Part shown: piece by piece, positions 9,758-20,580 of the stretch | How the letters are laid out: each line of letters starts with the position of its first letter | Position numbering within the stretch: the stretch's first letter is position 1 | From: Rhynchopus sp. YZ270_cl-10 | Lineage: Eukaryota | Assembly: GCA_964035575.1 (NCBI GenBank) | Contig: OZ037843.1 | Location: 1,426,001 to 1,490,000 of the forward strand | DNA length: 64,000 nt | Direction: 5' to 3' | Translations under genes and position numbers: made by a program | Notes under the pieces: model-generated | What the model saw: the letters and a program-made list of their open reading frames with translations, nothing else | Told to the model about the DNA's origin: nothing | The model's database searches: none

Positions 9758-12379
9758 ATGGTGTCATGCGGGATCCAGTCGCTGACAATACTGCTGTGTG
9801 TGGTGCTGATTCTGTCGACAGGTGCGATCATCGGTGGCTTCACTCTGTCAACATGGGACGACCTTCTGGAGAAGGCACGTGACACAGGTGATGAGGGCTT
9901 CGGGATGTGTCTCGACAGTGGTACGGCGGACATCGAAACGGTCTCGGCACGCTACCTGCGCTCTGTTCTTGGCAGTGTGGATATGGCAGTGAAGGAGTAC
10001 CTGAAGGTGCCTGAGCAGCTCGTGGTCTCGCTCGCCTCCCTGGCACAGGCGTACCACCCAAACATCAGCACGAGCCCCGACTTTGCTAATATAATGCGTC
10101 CTTCAGTCTTGTCTGCTTACAAGGCTGGGATGGCTGCTGGCCTTCTCCAGATCGGTCATGAAGCGTACCCGTGGTGTGCGGCACATCCTGTTCCGTGGAA
10201 GAAGGGTGACGGGTTTGCAGGGTGGGGCTCGCAGTTCTCCCATTTTGTGGGAAGTAATAGGAGAGCGCTGCAACCGACAAATGGCACGCAACTCTTCATG
10301 GTGCTCGAGACACGTGACCACATAACGATGTCGCATGGACTGGGTGACTGGGCGCTCTACACGGAAGTCGACGCGCTAGGAAACTACAAGTATGGCTCTG
10401 AGCCATGCACACTGCGTCCTGACTACAACAAAGGCGAAGTGCATGGGATGTGCATATTCCCCTTAGAGGTGACTGCACTTCCGGGCGACCCGATGGTTGC
10501 CCAGCGTGGGAGACAGATGTATTACCTGGGTGCCGACGAGCCACCACTCAACCCTGCAGACACGCTTGTCTACTCACGCATGGCACTTCAGTGGGGTGTC
10601 ATGATATGGGAGCTCACGTACACGTACACCCACCCAGATATGTACACGATGCACCCCAAGCAGGGCAAGCGTGTGGGTGTTGTCATAGCCACCGTGACTG
10701 CACGTGGGGTAACCGACGTGGTGCGTGCACAGCTGCTCCCGAAGGACACGTCGCTGTACCTGGTGGAGGACGACCGTGTGTCTGGATCAGTGGGGATAGT
10801 TGTTGCGTACAACAGAGGACGGCACATAAAGACTGTGCCCGTGCTAAGCCAACTGGGTCACTGGGAGTCAGCTGCAGTTAGCGTCAACATAACGAACCAC
10901 TCGATGGAAGACGCGACGTCACACATCCCCTCAGTGATTGCAGAGCACGGACGGTTTGTGTTCACACACCCGCAGAACTACAGAGACCTTGTGGAGAAGA
11001 CAGAGGACTCCTTCCTGAAGTGGTCTGACTCGAACGGCACGGAGTTCTGGACAATCACGTCGACAATTGAACACAGAACGATCCTGTGGTATGCGAACCT
11101 TCTTGTGCCTCGGGCGTCTGTGATGGATACGATTGATGCGTCGACGAATGCAATCCGTGCGAAGGTGGCATCAGATCTGTCCTCTGCAGACGCACAGAAG
11201 GAGGATGCGGTGACTGTGATGGTGATTGTGACGGCTGTTGCGGTGATCGGACTTCTTGCCATTGCTGTTGTGTTCACACGCTACATCACGTCACCTCTGC
11301 TGAAGCTTGGGAGAGAGATGGCAAGTGTGGCTGTGATGGACCTGGAGGCTGTGGACACGGGCCGTGCAGTGTCGCAGCTGAGTGAAGTGGGGATGATGCA
11401 GCGCAGCTTTGTTACCATGGTGGCGAACCTGGTGGAGTACCGGAACTACATGCCGCAGAGTGTGCTTGTCAACGAGAGTGAGGGACCACAAGAAGAGTCA
11501 TCACGATCATGCGGCACGATGTCGCAGTCAGGCAGGTCACGCTTGACACGTGTGACTGCGAAAACTAACGCCACTTCTGCTGCTACGTTGCAGGCACAGA
11601 AGGCACTACTACGTGTGGAAGGGATGAAGAAGAAGAAGGTGTCGCTGGCACACATGAACGTCGTGTCGTGGCACGCCTTCTGCAAGAAGCACAAGGACGC
11701 AGAGGTGCTCTCCGCACACGCAGGTGTGATTGAGAGGATCCTGACAGCAGTGCAGCACAACAAGGGTGTGTGCGACACGTTCTCTGGCGACAAGATGCTT
11801 GCCACCTTCAACGCCTTTGTTCCGAAGTCGTCACACAGTGTTGCCTGTGTGAAGGCTGCACACGAAGTAGCAACAGCACTTGGTGACGTACACAAGATCT
11901 CGTATGGGTGCACGACAGGCGAGGCACGTGTCGGGAACATGGGTTGCAACGGGATGAAGAAGGTGTCGATTCTTTCGCAGTCCATGTCGTGGGTGGTTGT
12001 GCTTGAGCGTTGGAACAAGAAGCACAACCTTCCTGGTGTCGTTGACCGCAACGTATCACGTGAGTTGGAAGGACAGGTGGTGCTCCGTTGTGCAGGTGCT
12101 GTGCTGTACGAGAAGTTCAGTGAGAAGGTGCAGACTGTGTTTGCTGTGAAGGGTCTGTGCAGCAGCGAAAACGAGGAGTGGATGTACCAGCTGGAGTCTG
12201 CCTCAAACAACCCGCACGCACTGTGGAACGAGGTCTTCGAGCACATCATCAAACAGGACTTTGAGAAGGCGTCTTCTCTGCTGGACAGCGTCGCTCAGGA
12301 CCAACGCACACCTTACGAAGAGCTTGTGGGCTATGTGAGGGAGAAGGCTTATGCACCGTACGTTGCACGTTTGCACTGA
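9758..12379 (+). CDS. Family A receptor pseudo-cyclase (A2); 873 aa
   Basis: Tandem paralog of A1 with the same start context; differences cluster in the ectodomain and the Ser-rich linker. Confidence 0.88.
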   Translation: MVSCGIQSLTILLCVVLILSTGAIIGGFTLSTWDDLLEKARDTGDEGFGMCLDSGTADIETVSARYLRSVLGSVDMAVKEYLKVPEQLVVSLASLAQAYHPNISTSPDFANIMRPSVLSAYKAGMAAGLLQIGHEAYPWCAAHPVPWKKGDGFAGWGSQFSHFVGSNRRALQPTNGTQLFMVLETRDHITMSHGLGDWALYTEVDALGNYKYGSEPCTLRPDYNKGEVHGMCIFPLEVTALPGDPMVAQRGRQMYYLGADEPPLNPADTLVYSRMALQWGVMIWELTYTYTHPDMYTMHPKQGKRVGVVIATVTARGVTDVVRAQLLPKDTSLYLVEDDRVSGSVGIVVAYNRGRHIKTVPVLSQLGHWESAAVSVNITNHSMEDATSHIPSVIAEHGRFVFTHPQNYRDLVEKTEDSFLKWSDSNGTEFWTITSTIEHRTILWYANLLVPRASVMDTIDASTNAIRAKVASDLSSADAQKEDAVTVMVIVTAVAVIGLLAIAVVFTRYITSPLLKLGREMASVAVMDLEAVDTGRAVSQLSEVGMMQRSFVTMVANLVEYRNYMPQSVLVNESEGPQEESSRSCGTMSQSGRSRLTRVTAKTNATSAATLQAQKALLRVEGMKKKKVSLAHMNVVSWHAFCKKHKDAEVLSAHAGVIERILTAVQHNKGVCDTFSGDKMLATFNAFVPKSSHSVACVKAAHEVATALGDVHKISYGCTTGEARVGNMGCNGMKKVSILSQSMSWVVVLERWNKKHNLPGVVDRNVSRELEGQVVLRCAGAVLYEKFSEKVQTVFAVKGLCSSENEEWMYQLESASNNPHALWNEVFEHIIKQDFEKASSLLDSVAQDQRTPYEELVGYVREKAYAPYVARLH

Positions 12380-13222
12380 AAGTGCCTCACTGATGCAAGA
12401 TCATGTTTGGTCTAGCATCTCTCTTGGTAATGTTTTTTCTTGATACCCCGTACGTTATCACGAGTTTATTGTAAGTTAGTTGTTATTTTTTGCGTTGTTT
12501 GTGAGTGACTTTCCAGTCACTCCTCTTCTGCAGTAAGGCCTCACTGGGGTAGTCCCCTCTACTTAGAAAGGCTAGCACATTTTTACACGTGTGTATTATC
12601 CCCCCACCTCTGCTTTTCCCCTTCTTTTCAAAACCCTGGTGGTGTAAATCAAACCTGCTTCCTGTTGTCAGGTAGCCAATGGTAAACGTTGCAACACCCT
12701 GTGTCTCTCTGTCGAGCAATGTGTCAATAGGTCACCCAAGGGCAATATGGAGCTACTCCACTACTCGGGTCGCAAAAAAAAAATGTGTCGTGTGCTCAGA
12801 GCAGTGTTGTCGTTCTGTGCAAAGCATGCAGCATCTGTTTCCTGTTAAGGCTACTTCCTCATGTGCACATTTTCAAGGCGGTGTTAGTATGGAAGCTGCA
12901 CTTAAATGTTGGGGCACAACCTGCGTCTCCCGGTTTCATAATACGAAGGCTCGATTAATATTTTGTCCGAGTATGCAATCCGTCTGGGAATGAACGACGC
13001 TTTCTTCGGTTGATTCATGGGTCTTCCCGTCCTCCCTTTCCCCCCTTGCTCCACCTCTCCCCCGTAATTTTCTTTTGAGTACTAAATTATCCGCAACAAC
13101 CGTACTTCAATTTAGCACAATTTTTTTCTCCTTTGTTGTTTTCCGGCTTTGAGCGCACAAAACAAAAGACCCGATCTTTTTACGTAGAAGTGCAGTTTGT
13201 ATTTTTTTTTTTAGGCTAGAGT

Positions 13223-13964
13223 CAGGGCGTTCGCTATCGCCATCGTTTTTTCCTGATCGTGGCGAAATGCCAAAAACCCCGAAATTTTCGTTTTTTTACT
13301 AGTGCTTAAAATAGGTCAAAAAAATTTTCCCGCCGGAGAGAAGTTAGTTCGTGGGTGAATCCCTGGTACTGAATGGTCAAAAAAAATTTGCGATTTGCGC
13401 GTGATCCCTTCCCCAGCACAAGTGATATTACAGCTGAACTTTCCTGATACTAAAACCAGCAAAACGATGAAGAATTTCATCAATCCCCCCTCACTGAGGG
13501 TCTCTTTGTGTTGTTTAATCAAACAGATGTACAAGAGAGAGGCATCCGTCATATGAGACTTCATCCTTATTTTGATTATTTTCAACTCTCTGCCATTGAA
13601 GATAGAGTTGACACGAGCAGTGACACCTTCTATAACAGGGGGTACGGTACACCTTCAGCAGACTGCAGGATTGAGGAGCGAGCGGGAGTGCTGGGGAAAC
13701 TTCCTCTCACGGCAGGCGGGTTTACGGATGATTTTGAGTACAGTGGACACCCCTCTGCGACCCCCGGAGGGGGTCTACAGGGTGGTGGGGAGAAATCTCT
13801 CTCTCTCTCTCTTTTTTTCCCCCCCTTTATTTATTTATTTATTTATTTATACAGGGTTTCGCCCCGGTGGGGCGAAGCCCTGGGGCGAAATAAAACGTCA
13901 TTTTTTCAGGAAAAAATTTTTTTTAACGAAAAAAAATATTTTTCGCCCCGGGGCGAACGCCCTG
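13223..13964 (-). mobile_element. hAT-family deletion derivative with a transposase C-terminal relic
   Basis: Perfect 12-bp TIRs CAGGGCGTTCGC / GCGAACGCCCTG and perfect 8-bp TSD GCTAGAGT (13215-13222, 13965-13972). Minus-strand LKIIKIRMKSHMTDASLLYICLI resembles the hAT dimerisation domain. Confidence 0.85.
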
Positions 13965-14426
13965 GCTAGAGTAGATCCCCCCTGTGCTGTCTGCCAGGAC
14001 ACGAGGCTTTTTTACTTCTTTTCTGGTAGGGCAATACTTATGTTTCCTGCTTACAACCTCCCTCGTGGTATCCGTGTGCACACCAACGAAGTGCTCTGTG
14101 GGATCGATAACCCGCGGAGAACCCATGCCTTGCGCACGGTTCGTCTGTTGCGATGTTTCCACGTCACAATGAGGACACCCACTGTTTCAACCATTTTGGT
14201 CGACCGGCGAATTCGGTCGTACACAGTGGAGTGGCCACCCTAGCCACGGGGAGGACCTTGAAGGGGGATGTACACAACAGTAGCTCCTGGTGTCTTTGTT
14301 TCGGACACAACGCCCCACCAATTACCCCAGCACCACGCACTACCGGTGCCCCCTTCCCTATGCCTTTTTCGGCAAAAAAAAACAAAGGGAAAGCAATACC
14401 GAGAGAACCAACCATTTTTTTTTTTA

Positions 14427-14590
14427 TAGTAAACACGTAGTATTTGACAAAATGCTCGAGACCCTCGTGAAAAGTCGCGCGTCTGCGTATCCCGCTCCCC
14501 GCTTGTTTCCCCCTCTTTTCCCCCCTGTGCTCCACGACACTTTCTGTACTTCAGGCAAACACAACCATATCGTAAATCAAGTCGAAGAAG
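14427..14590. repeat. Dispersed repeat; essentially identical copy at 39060-39223, diverged copies at ~61645-62020
   Basis: TAGTAAACACGTAGTATTTGACAAAATGCTCGAG...CAAGTCGAAGAAG is present at both loci. Confidence 0.85.
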
Positions 14591-15697
14591 AAAAAAAAAA
14601 AAAAAAAAAAAAAACCCGTAAAGTGGAAGCGAACAACAAACAACTTTTACTTTTTTCCCCCCCGTTTATAGTCTTTTGAGCAACAAGCAAAGAGGAACGA
14701 GTCTCTCGAGCATTTTTTTTTTTTTTGGTTTTTCAACCAGGGTGTTTCCTAATTTGCTTCCACTTCCGGAGATTTGGAAAAAATTGGCCAGGGAAAAAAT
14801 TTGCGGGAAAAAATTAGGGACGTATTCAAAGTGCTTATTTTTTGGTATTTTCCCGAAAAAAGTATGTTCGCTATTCTGGATCGCTCCAATCATTCAAATA
14901 AAGCAGTTTTCGGGAATTTTTATTTTCACCGATATTGGGTACCGTGCGCCTGCGGCGCTGCCTGTTCCTACCAGTTTCTACAGGCAAACACTTGGCCCCC
15001 TTTACCTTACACTGACGGGTTTTGACCAAAACCAAGAACTTGTCCATTTCGGCAAATTGACCCCACCACAGAACGGGCGGATTTCGAAAATGCAAATGCC
15101 GGTGTTTTCGGGCATTTTCATGTTTTCAGGATCAGGGAGAGAAAATCTGGGTTGTGGGATTTACCTGGTCCCCTTTACCTTACACTCATTTTGACCAACA
15201 CCAAGAACTTGGCCATTTCGGCAAAGTGACCCCACCACAGCGCGGACGGATTCCGAAATGCCAATTGCGGCATGTTTTGGTAGGGGGGTCCTAGCTAGGC
15301 CGGGGCTCTGTCGGAAAAACTATTTTTTTTTAAAAATATGCCTAAGTCCCCGAAAACACACGGAATTGCTCCAGAACACATTTTTTCCAGTGTCCCGCAG
15401 TGTCCCACCACTGTTTTTTGGTTTTTGTGGCATAAAAAATACAAAAAAAAATACATGGTTCTATAGGGGCCGAGTACAATGGCGTTTTTCACGTATTTTT
15501 CATGATTTTTCAAATTTGGCAAAATTCAAGTCAAATACCAGACATTCTCCCCCCCACCTCGTTATGTCACCAACATGTCCAAAAAAAAGATGTTTTTCCA
15601 TTTTGTCTTCTACCCCCAGTGTAACATAAAATTCCACATTTCCACCAAAATCCACAAACCCAGCGTCACACACAGGCTAATATCGCTCCGAAAATGT

Positions 15698-16781
15698 CCG
15701 TCATTGTTTCAGTTATTTGACAACAGTTCTGCAGGCGCACTTTCGTAGGGTACCTAATGTCACTATTTGGGCACATTTGGAGGTGTTACAGCGGTGCGCT
15801 CTTAAATCTGCCGTCATTGTTTCAGTTATTTGACAACAGTTCTTCAGGCGCACTTTCGTAGGGTACCTAATGTCACTATTTGGGTGTATTTGGAGGTGTT
15901 GCAACGGTGCGCTCTTAAAACTGCCGTCATTGTTTCAGTTATTTGACAACAGTTCTTCAGCCGCATTTTCGTAGGGTACCTAATGTCACTATTTGGGTGT
16001 ATTTGGAGGTGTTGCAACGGTGCGCTCTTAAATCTGCCGTCATTGTTTCAGTTATTTGACAACAGTTCTTCAGGCGCACTTTCGTAGGGTATCTAATGTC
16101 ACTATTTGGGCACATTTGGAAGTGTTGCAACGGTGCGCTCTTAAATCTGCCGTCATTGTTTCAGTTATTTGACAACAGTTCTTCAGGCGCACTTTCGTAG
16201 GGTATCTAATGTCACTATTTGGGCACATTTGGAGGTGTTACAGCGGTGCGCTCTTAAATCTGCCGTCATTGTTTCAGTTATTTGACAACAGTTCTTCAGG
16301 CGCACTTTCGTAGGGTACCTAATGTCACTATTTGGGTGTATTTGGAGGTGTTGCAACGGTGCGCTCTTAAAACTGCCGTCATTGTTTCAGTTATTTGACA
16401 ACAGTTCTTCAGCCGCATTTTCGTAGGGTACCTAATGTCACTATTTGGGTGTATTTGGAGGTGTTGCAACGGTGCGCTCTTAAATCTGCCGTCATTGTTA
16501 CAGTTATTTGACAAGAGTTCTTCAGGCGCACTTTCGTAGGGTACCTAATGTCACTATTTGGGTACATCTGGAGGTGTTACAGCGGTGCGCTCTTAAATCT
16601 GCGGTCATTGTTTCGGTTATTTGTCAACAGTTCTTCAGGCGCATTTTCGTAGGGTACCTAATGTCACTATTTGGGCACATTTGGAGGTGTTACAGCGGTG
16701 CGCTCTTCAATCTGCCGTCATTGTTTCAGTTATTTGACAACAGTTCTTTAGGCGCACTTTCGTAGGGTACCTAATGTCACT
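15698..16781. repeat. 113-bp tandem satellite, about 9.6 copies
   Basis: The unit start CCGTCATTGTT (CGGTCATTGTT in unit 9) recurs at 15698, 15811, 15924, 16037, 16150, 16263, 16376, 16489, 16602 and 16715. Confidence 0.97.
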
Positions 16782-17533
16782 GGATCAGCGTGCAATCTGC
16801 AAAGCTGCGGCGGACGTTCTGCATAGTCGTAAGCGAACTCGTAAAGCTCTGGAAGCCGCGCTGCGCGAACCGCTCCACATCTGGGTAGAGGGTGTGAAAA
16901 AGTCCCTGCCATTCCTGCAACAAGATGGCATCAACAGCATACCCGATGTGCGCATTGATTCTGAGCTGGCGGAGTACACGTTTGCTCTGGAGATGAAACA
17001 CCTCCCGCAAGAACATGTCACGGAGGTTGTGGCATGGAAAGGGTGTGACAGCGCAGGTTCTCGCTACGCAGAAAGCAGCGGGCAGCACCGCCGTCACTCA
17101 TGTTCTGGTCTCTGAGTCCATCGAGATTGAGGACTCACAAAGACTCTCTGTGTCAGGGAGTGTCACGCAAGCGGCATTGGAGGATGCGTTGACCCTACCC
17201 CCGGAGCAGAGTCCTGGGTTTGGATCATTCCTTTCCGTTGCTGATCCGGCGGCGACTCTCGCTGACAGTGATGCCCCCATGTGGATGAGCCTCATGCCGA
17301 GGGTCTTTCGTTGTGTCTGTCCCCTTGGCTGGTATATGTGCGAGCGTGCGAGAGACGTTATGTGTTCCGTACCAGATTTTTTGATGGAGGCTGTAACGGC
17401 GGCAGTGAGAGAAATGGAGGGGGGTATAAGCAAGAAAAGACTGGGGGGATTGTCTCAGATAGAGACCCTGCGCGAGGTAGTTGACACTTTTTTAACTGTG
17501 GTGGCGACTTTGCAGTCGTCGGTTACGTCTTAA
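16782..17533 (+). pseudogene. 5'-truncated, frameshifted coding fragment of unknown function (~250 codons)
   Basis: Two overlapping ORFs with protein-like composition (16774-17115 and 17015-17533) join by one frameshift near 17040. The 5' end abuts the satellite, which supplies the ATG. Confidence 0.5.
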
Positions 17534-19013
17534 GTCCCGTTTGTGTTTCGGATTTTTGCGAACAGGGCCTATTAAAATTAAAGGCCAGTTTGTATTTTTC
17601 TGGTTTGTTTCTCTTCTTGCGCTGGCTTTAGTTTCAAGTTATACCACACCCTCTCATCTGAGTCATCAGCCTGCTGATCAGGGTAACCGTTAAAGTACCA
17701 GCCTTTCTAGGTATTCTTGAGTCAACCTACGCAAGCCTTCTCTCCAAAGCTTTTCTGTTGCGATTCTCTTCTATTTGTTCCGGTTTTAGCCTTTTCAAGT
17801 TGTATAATATTTGCAGGTACTCTCTGTTTTGTTAGTTTCTCTTCCTTCTTCAATCAACAAAGATACCACCACCCCACCCTTTTCAATTTTTTATTTTGTC
17901 ACCTCATGAAATGAAGGAGGAAATAGAAACGAAGCATTTTGAACACACTTTGCGGTTCTAGAGACGAACCGCGCTGCAGAGCCACTCCTCACCAAACAGG
18001 TCGAGGTGTGTGCGTTTCACCACAAATCTTACACAACCTCTACAAAAATAAAATGTCCCGGGCAGACATGCGTCTGGACGATGTCAAGTGGGAGGAGATA
18101 AAGGTGGTGTGTGCGTTTCACCACAACCTCTCCCATGGGTTTTATCGTGTGATGAGTGTTAAGTTTCTATTTCCTCTATTCTTCCCATCCAAGCCCTCGC
18201 CTACCCCACACGAAACACACCAGGTCGCTCAGACTCGCTGCAGGGATGGTTTGTGGCTGAGCCCCAGCGAACATGGTTTCGATCATGCATGATTTCCAGT
18301 GACGTGTTACCTTCTCAAGCTTCTCTGCAACGAACCGGGGTCACGGCATGGGTGCATTGCCGGAGAATTTTCGCATTTTCGAATTTTTTTTTTTTTTTTT
18401 TTTGTGAACCCAAAATTTTGACAACACCTCAAAATAGTTTTTCCGACAGACCCTCCCATAGAAATTTGGTCGGCTAGGACCCCCCTAGTTTTGGGGCTGA
18501 AAACCCACTTTTTTTCCAAGGGAAAAAAATTGCTTCCGGATGTCGGAATTTTCCGGAAAATTTCCAAAATTAGGAAACACCCTGAATTTTCAACACTTTT
18601 TTCATCCTCCCCCCTCCCTATGCCTCCTTGCAATCCACGCAAATAGGGTGACAACATTCATCCCGAACAACCATCTTTTTGTTAAGAGATCTTCAAACAC
18701 AGCTTTGTTCCACCGATAACAGTAATGAACGATGTATGCCTGCACGCGAGGCATCATTCATTCATTGTTCGAAATTTTCCCTTCGATCGATACAACCAGA
18801 GTACCAAGCTTTGGTGGCATCCAGTTCTCGCTTGGGGGGTTTCACGGCCTTCGCGAGGGCTTCGGGGCACTCTTCAGGCTCGAGCTGGCAGTACTTATAT
18901 TCGTGTTACCACGAAATGGTAGAACTGTCAAAAAAACCAATCGGTCTTTTGTATTTCAATGTATTTTTCGACCCCCAATCACCCAAAGGACACAAACACA
19001 CACCTCCTCCACG

Positions 19014-20543
19014 ATGGCAGCCTCCACGCTGCTTGCATGCGCTGCGCTGGCTGCACCGCAGATGAACCTTCTCTTTATGATGGCCGACCAGCTCCGCTGG
19101 GACGCAATCGGCTCTGGCGGCGCCACAACACCTAACATCGACAGCATCGGGGCAAACGGCCTGACCTTGGCTAAGGCGTACACCACGACACCTACCTGCA
19201 CCCCCGCCCGCGCCGCTTTGCTCACCGGGCAAAAGCCGTGGAATCATGGCATGCTCGGTTACGGCGCGATCGCCAGCAAATACCCTGTTGAAATGGCAGA
19301 CACCCTCGACACTGCAGGGTACCAAACGTATTCCTTTGGAAAAGACCATTTTGGGTGGAATTCTACCGCAAAAGGCGCGATTCCGCATGGTTACGAACAC
19401 CTCGACCTATTTGATGGGCTTGTAGGGGAGATGGACAACTACACCGTATGGTTTGAAAACCTCATGCCAGGGAAGACACCACGCTCTGGCTGGCCTACTC
19501 TTGACTATAACTCTTGGCGTGGTGCACCGTATGTGTACAACGAGTCGCTCCACCCTACTGCGTACGTTGGGCGCCAAGCTGCAGATGGATTAAAACAGAT
19601 TTACGCAAAACAACGTTCCGGAGAAGATACTCGCCCCTTTTTTGTGAAGATCTCCTTCCACAGACCGCACTCCCCATACGACCCTCCTCAGCGCATTCTG
19701 GATAAGGTGACGGAGGCGGATCTCAAGCCACTTCGCATTGCGACAGACAACTGGGATGCGTGGTTCGCAAACACATCGCATGGATGTGGACCCTCAAAGC
19801 CTGATGCATGGTGCGGCCTCATGCCCACAAACGAAACGATTCTAGCAAAACGCGCTTACTACGGCTCCATCCGCTTCGTCGACGAATGGGTCGGCACCAT
19901 CCTCGAAGAGGTCAACTACGACAACACACTGATCCTCTGGACAGCTGACCACGGAGACGGCCAGGGTGATCACTACCACTGGAGGAAAGGGTACCCCTAT
20001 GAGGTCAGCGCGCATATCCCGATGTTGATTCGCTGGCCCGCAAGCGTTGCCTCGCAAATCCCCCGAGGCTCTGTTTCGTATGAGGTAACCGAGCTGCGTG
20101 ACGTCTTCCCCACAATGGCCGATGCTGCAGGCCTCGAAATTCCTGCGACTGTAGACGGTGCGTCGCTCCTCTGTCTGGTCGACCCGACCAGAAAGCAGTG
20201 CAGCCAGTGGCGTGAGTACCTCGACCTGGAGCACTCCACATGCTACAATGCACAAAACCACTGGAATGCATTAACCGATGGAAAGGTAAAGTACATTTTC
20301 AACGCAAATTACGCAGCAAATTCAACGGTTTTCCCTCAAGAGCAGCTCTTCAACCTGACGGCGGACCCATATGAGCTAGTAGACCTGCATGCCAGCGCAG
20401 CATATGCAAGTGAGCTCTCAATGTGGAGAGAGCGCATGGTGAAACAGTTTGAAAACGAAGGTCGTGGTGATGTCTGGGTCAAAGCTGGGGTCCTGCAGCA
20501 GAGAACGGCAGGGCAAACGTACTCACCGAACTACCCAAAGTAG
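19014..20543 (+). CDS. Secreted formylglycine-dependent (family S1) sulfatase; 509 aa
   Basis: Signal-like N-terminus MAASTLLACAALAA; NLLFMMADQLR; CTPARAALLTG (CxPxR signature); GKDH; HRPHSPYDPP; TADHG; KGYPYE; LFNLTADPYE. Confidence 0.93.
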   Translation: MAASTLLACAALAAPQMNLLFMMADQLRWDAIGSGGATTPNIDSIGANGLTLAKAYTTTPTCTPARAALLTGQKPWNHGMLGYGAIASKYPVEMADTLDTAGYQTYSFGKDHFGWNSTAKGAIPHGYEHLDLFDGLVGEMDNYTVWFENLMPGKTPRSGWPTLDYNSWRGAPYVYNESLHPTAYVGRQAADGLKQIYAKQRSGEDTRPFFVKISFHRPHSPYDPPQRILDKVTEADLKPLRIATDNWDAWFANTSHGCGPSKPDAWCGLMPTNETILAKRAYYGSIRFVDEWVGTILEEVNYDNTLILWTADHGDGQGDHYHWRKGYPYEVSAHIPMLIRWPASVASQIPRGSVSYEVTELRDVFPTMADAAGLEIPATVDGASLLCLVDPTRKQCSQWREYLDLEHSTCYNAQNHWNALTDGKVKYIFNANYAANSTVFPQEQLFNLTADPYELVDLHASAAYASELSMWRERMVKQFENEGRGDVWVKAGVLQQRTAGQTYSPNYPK

Positions 20544-20580
20544 TGAGGGAGGGAGAAAAAAAAAAAGGGGGTAAAAAACA

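Larger units (their letters stand above)
15281..18487. mobile_element. 3.2-kb nested TIR element carrying a satellite array and a coding fragment
   Basis: TIRs TAGGGGGGTCCTAGC / GCTAGGACCCCCCTA plus inverted subterminal TCTGTCGGAAAAACTATTT. GTTTTGG is duplicated at both ends. The empty site GCGGCATGTTTGGGCTGAAAACCCAC is visible in the inverted host copy near 55730-55755. Confidence 0.8.
14738..18584. mobile_element. hAT-like TIR element hosting a nested insertion
   Basis: 18-bp TIRs CAGGGTGTTTCCTAATTT / AAATTAGGAAACACCCTG. TTTTCAAC occurs in both flanks (offset by 2 bp on the right). A related uninterrupted segment lies inverted at ~55655-55960. Confidence 0.7.

Noticed and set aside
15698..16781. 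CRISPR array
   Set aside because: Units are contiguous 113-bp repeats with no unique spacers; eukaryotic context; no cas genes.
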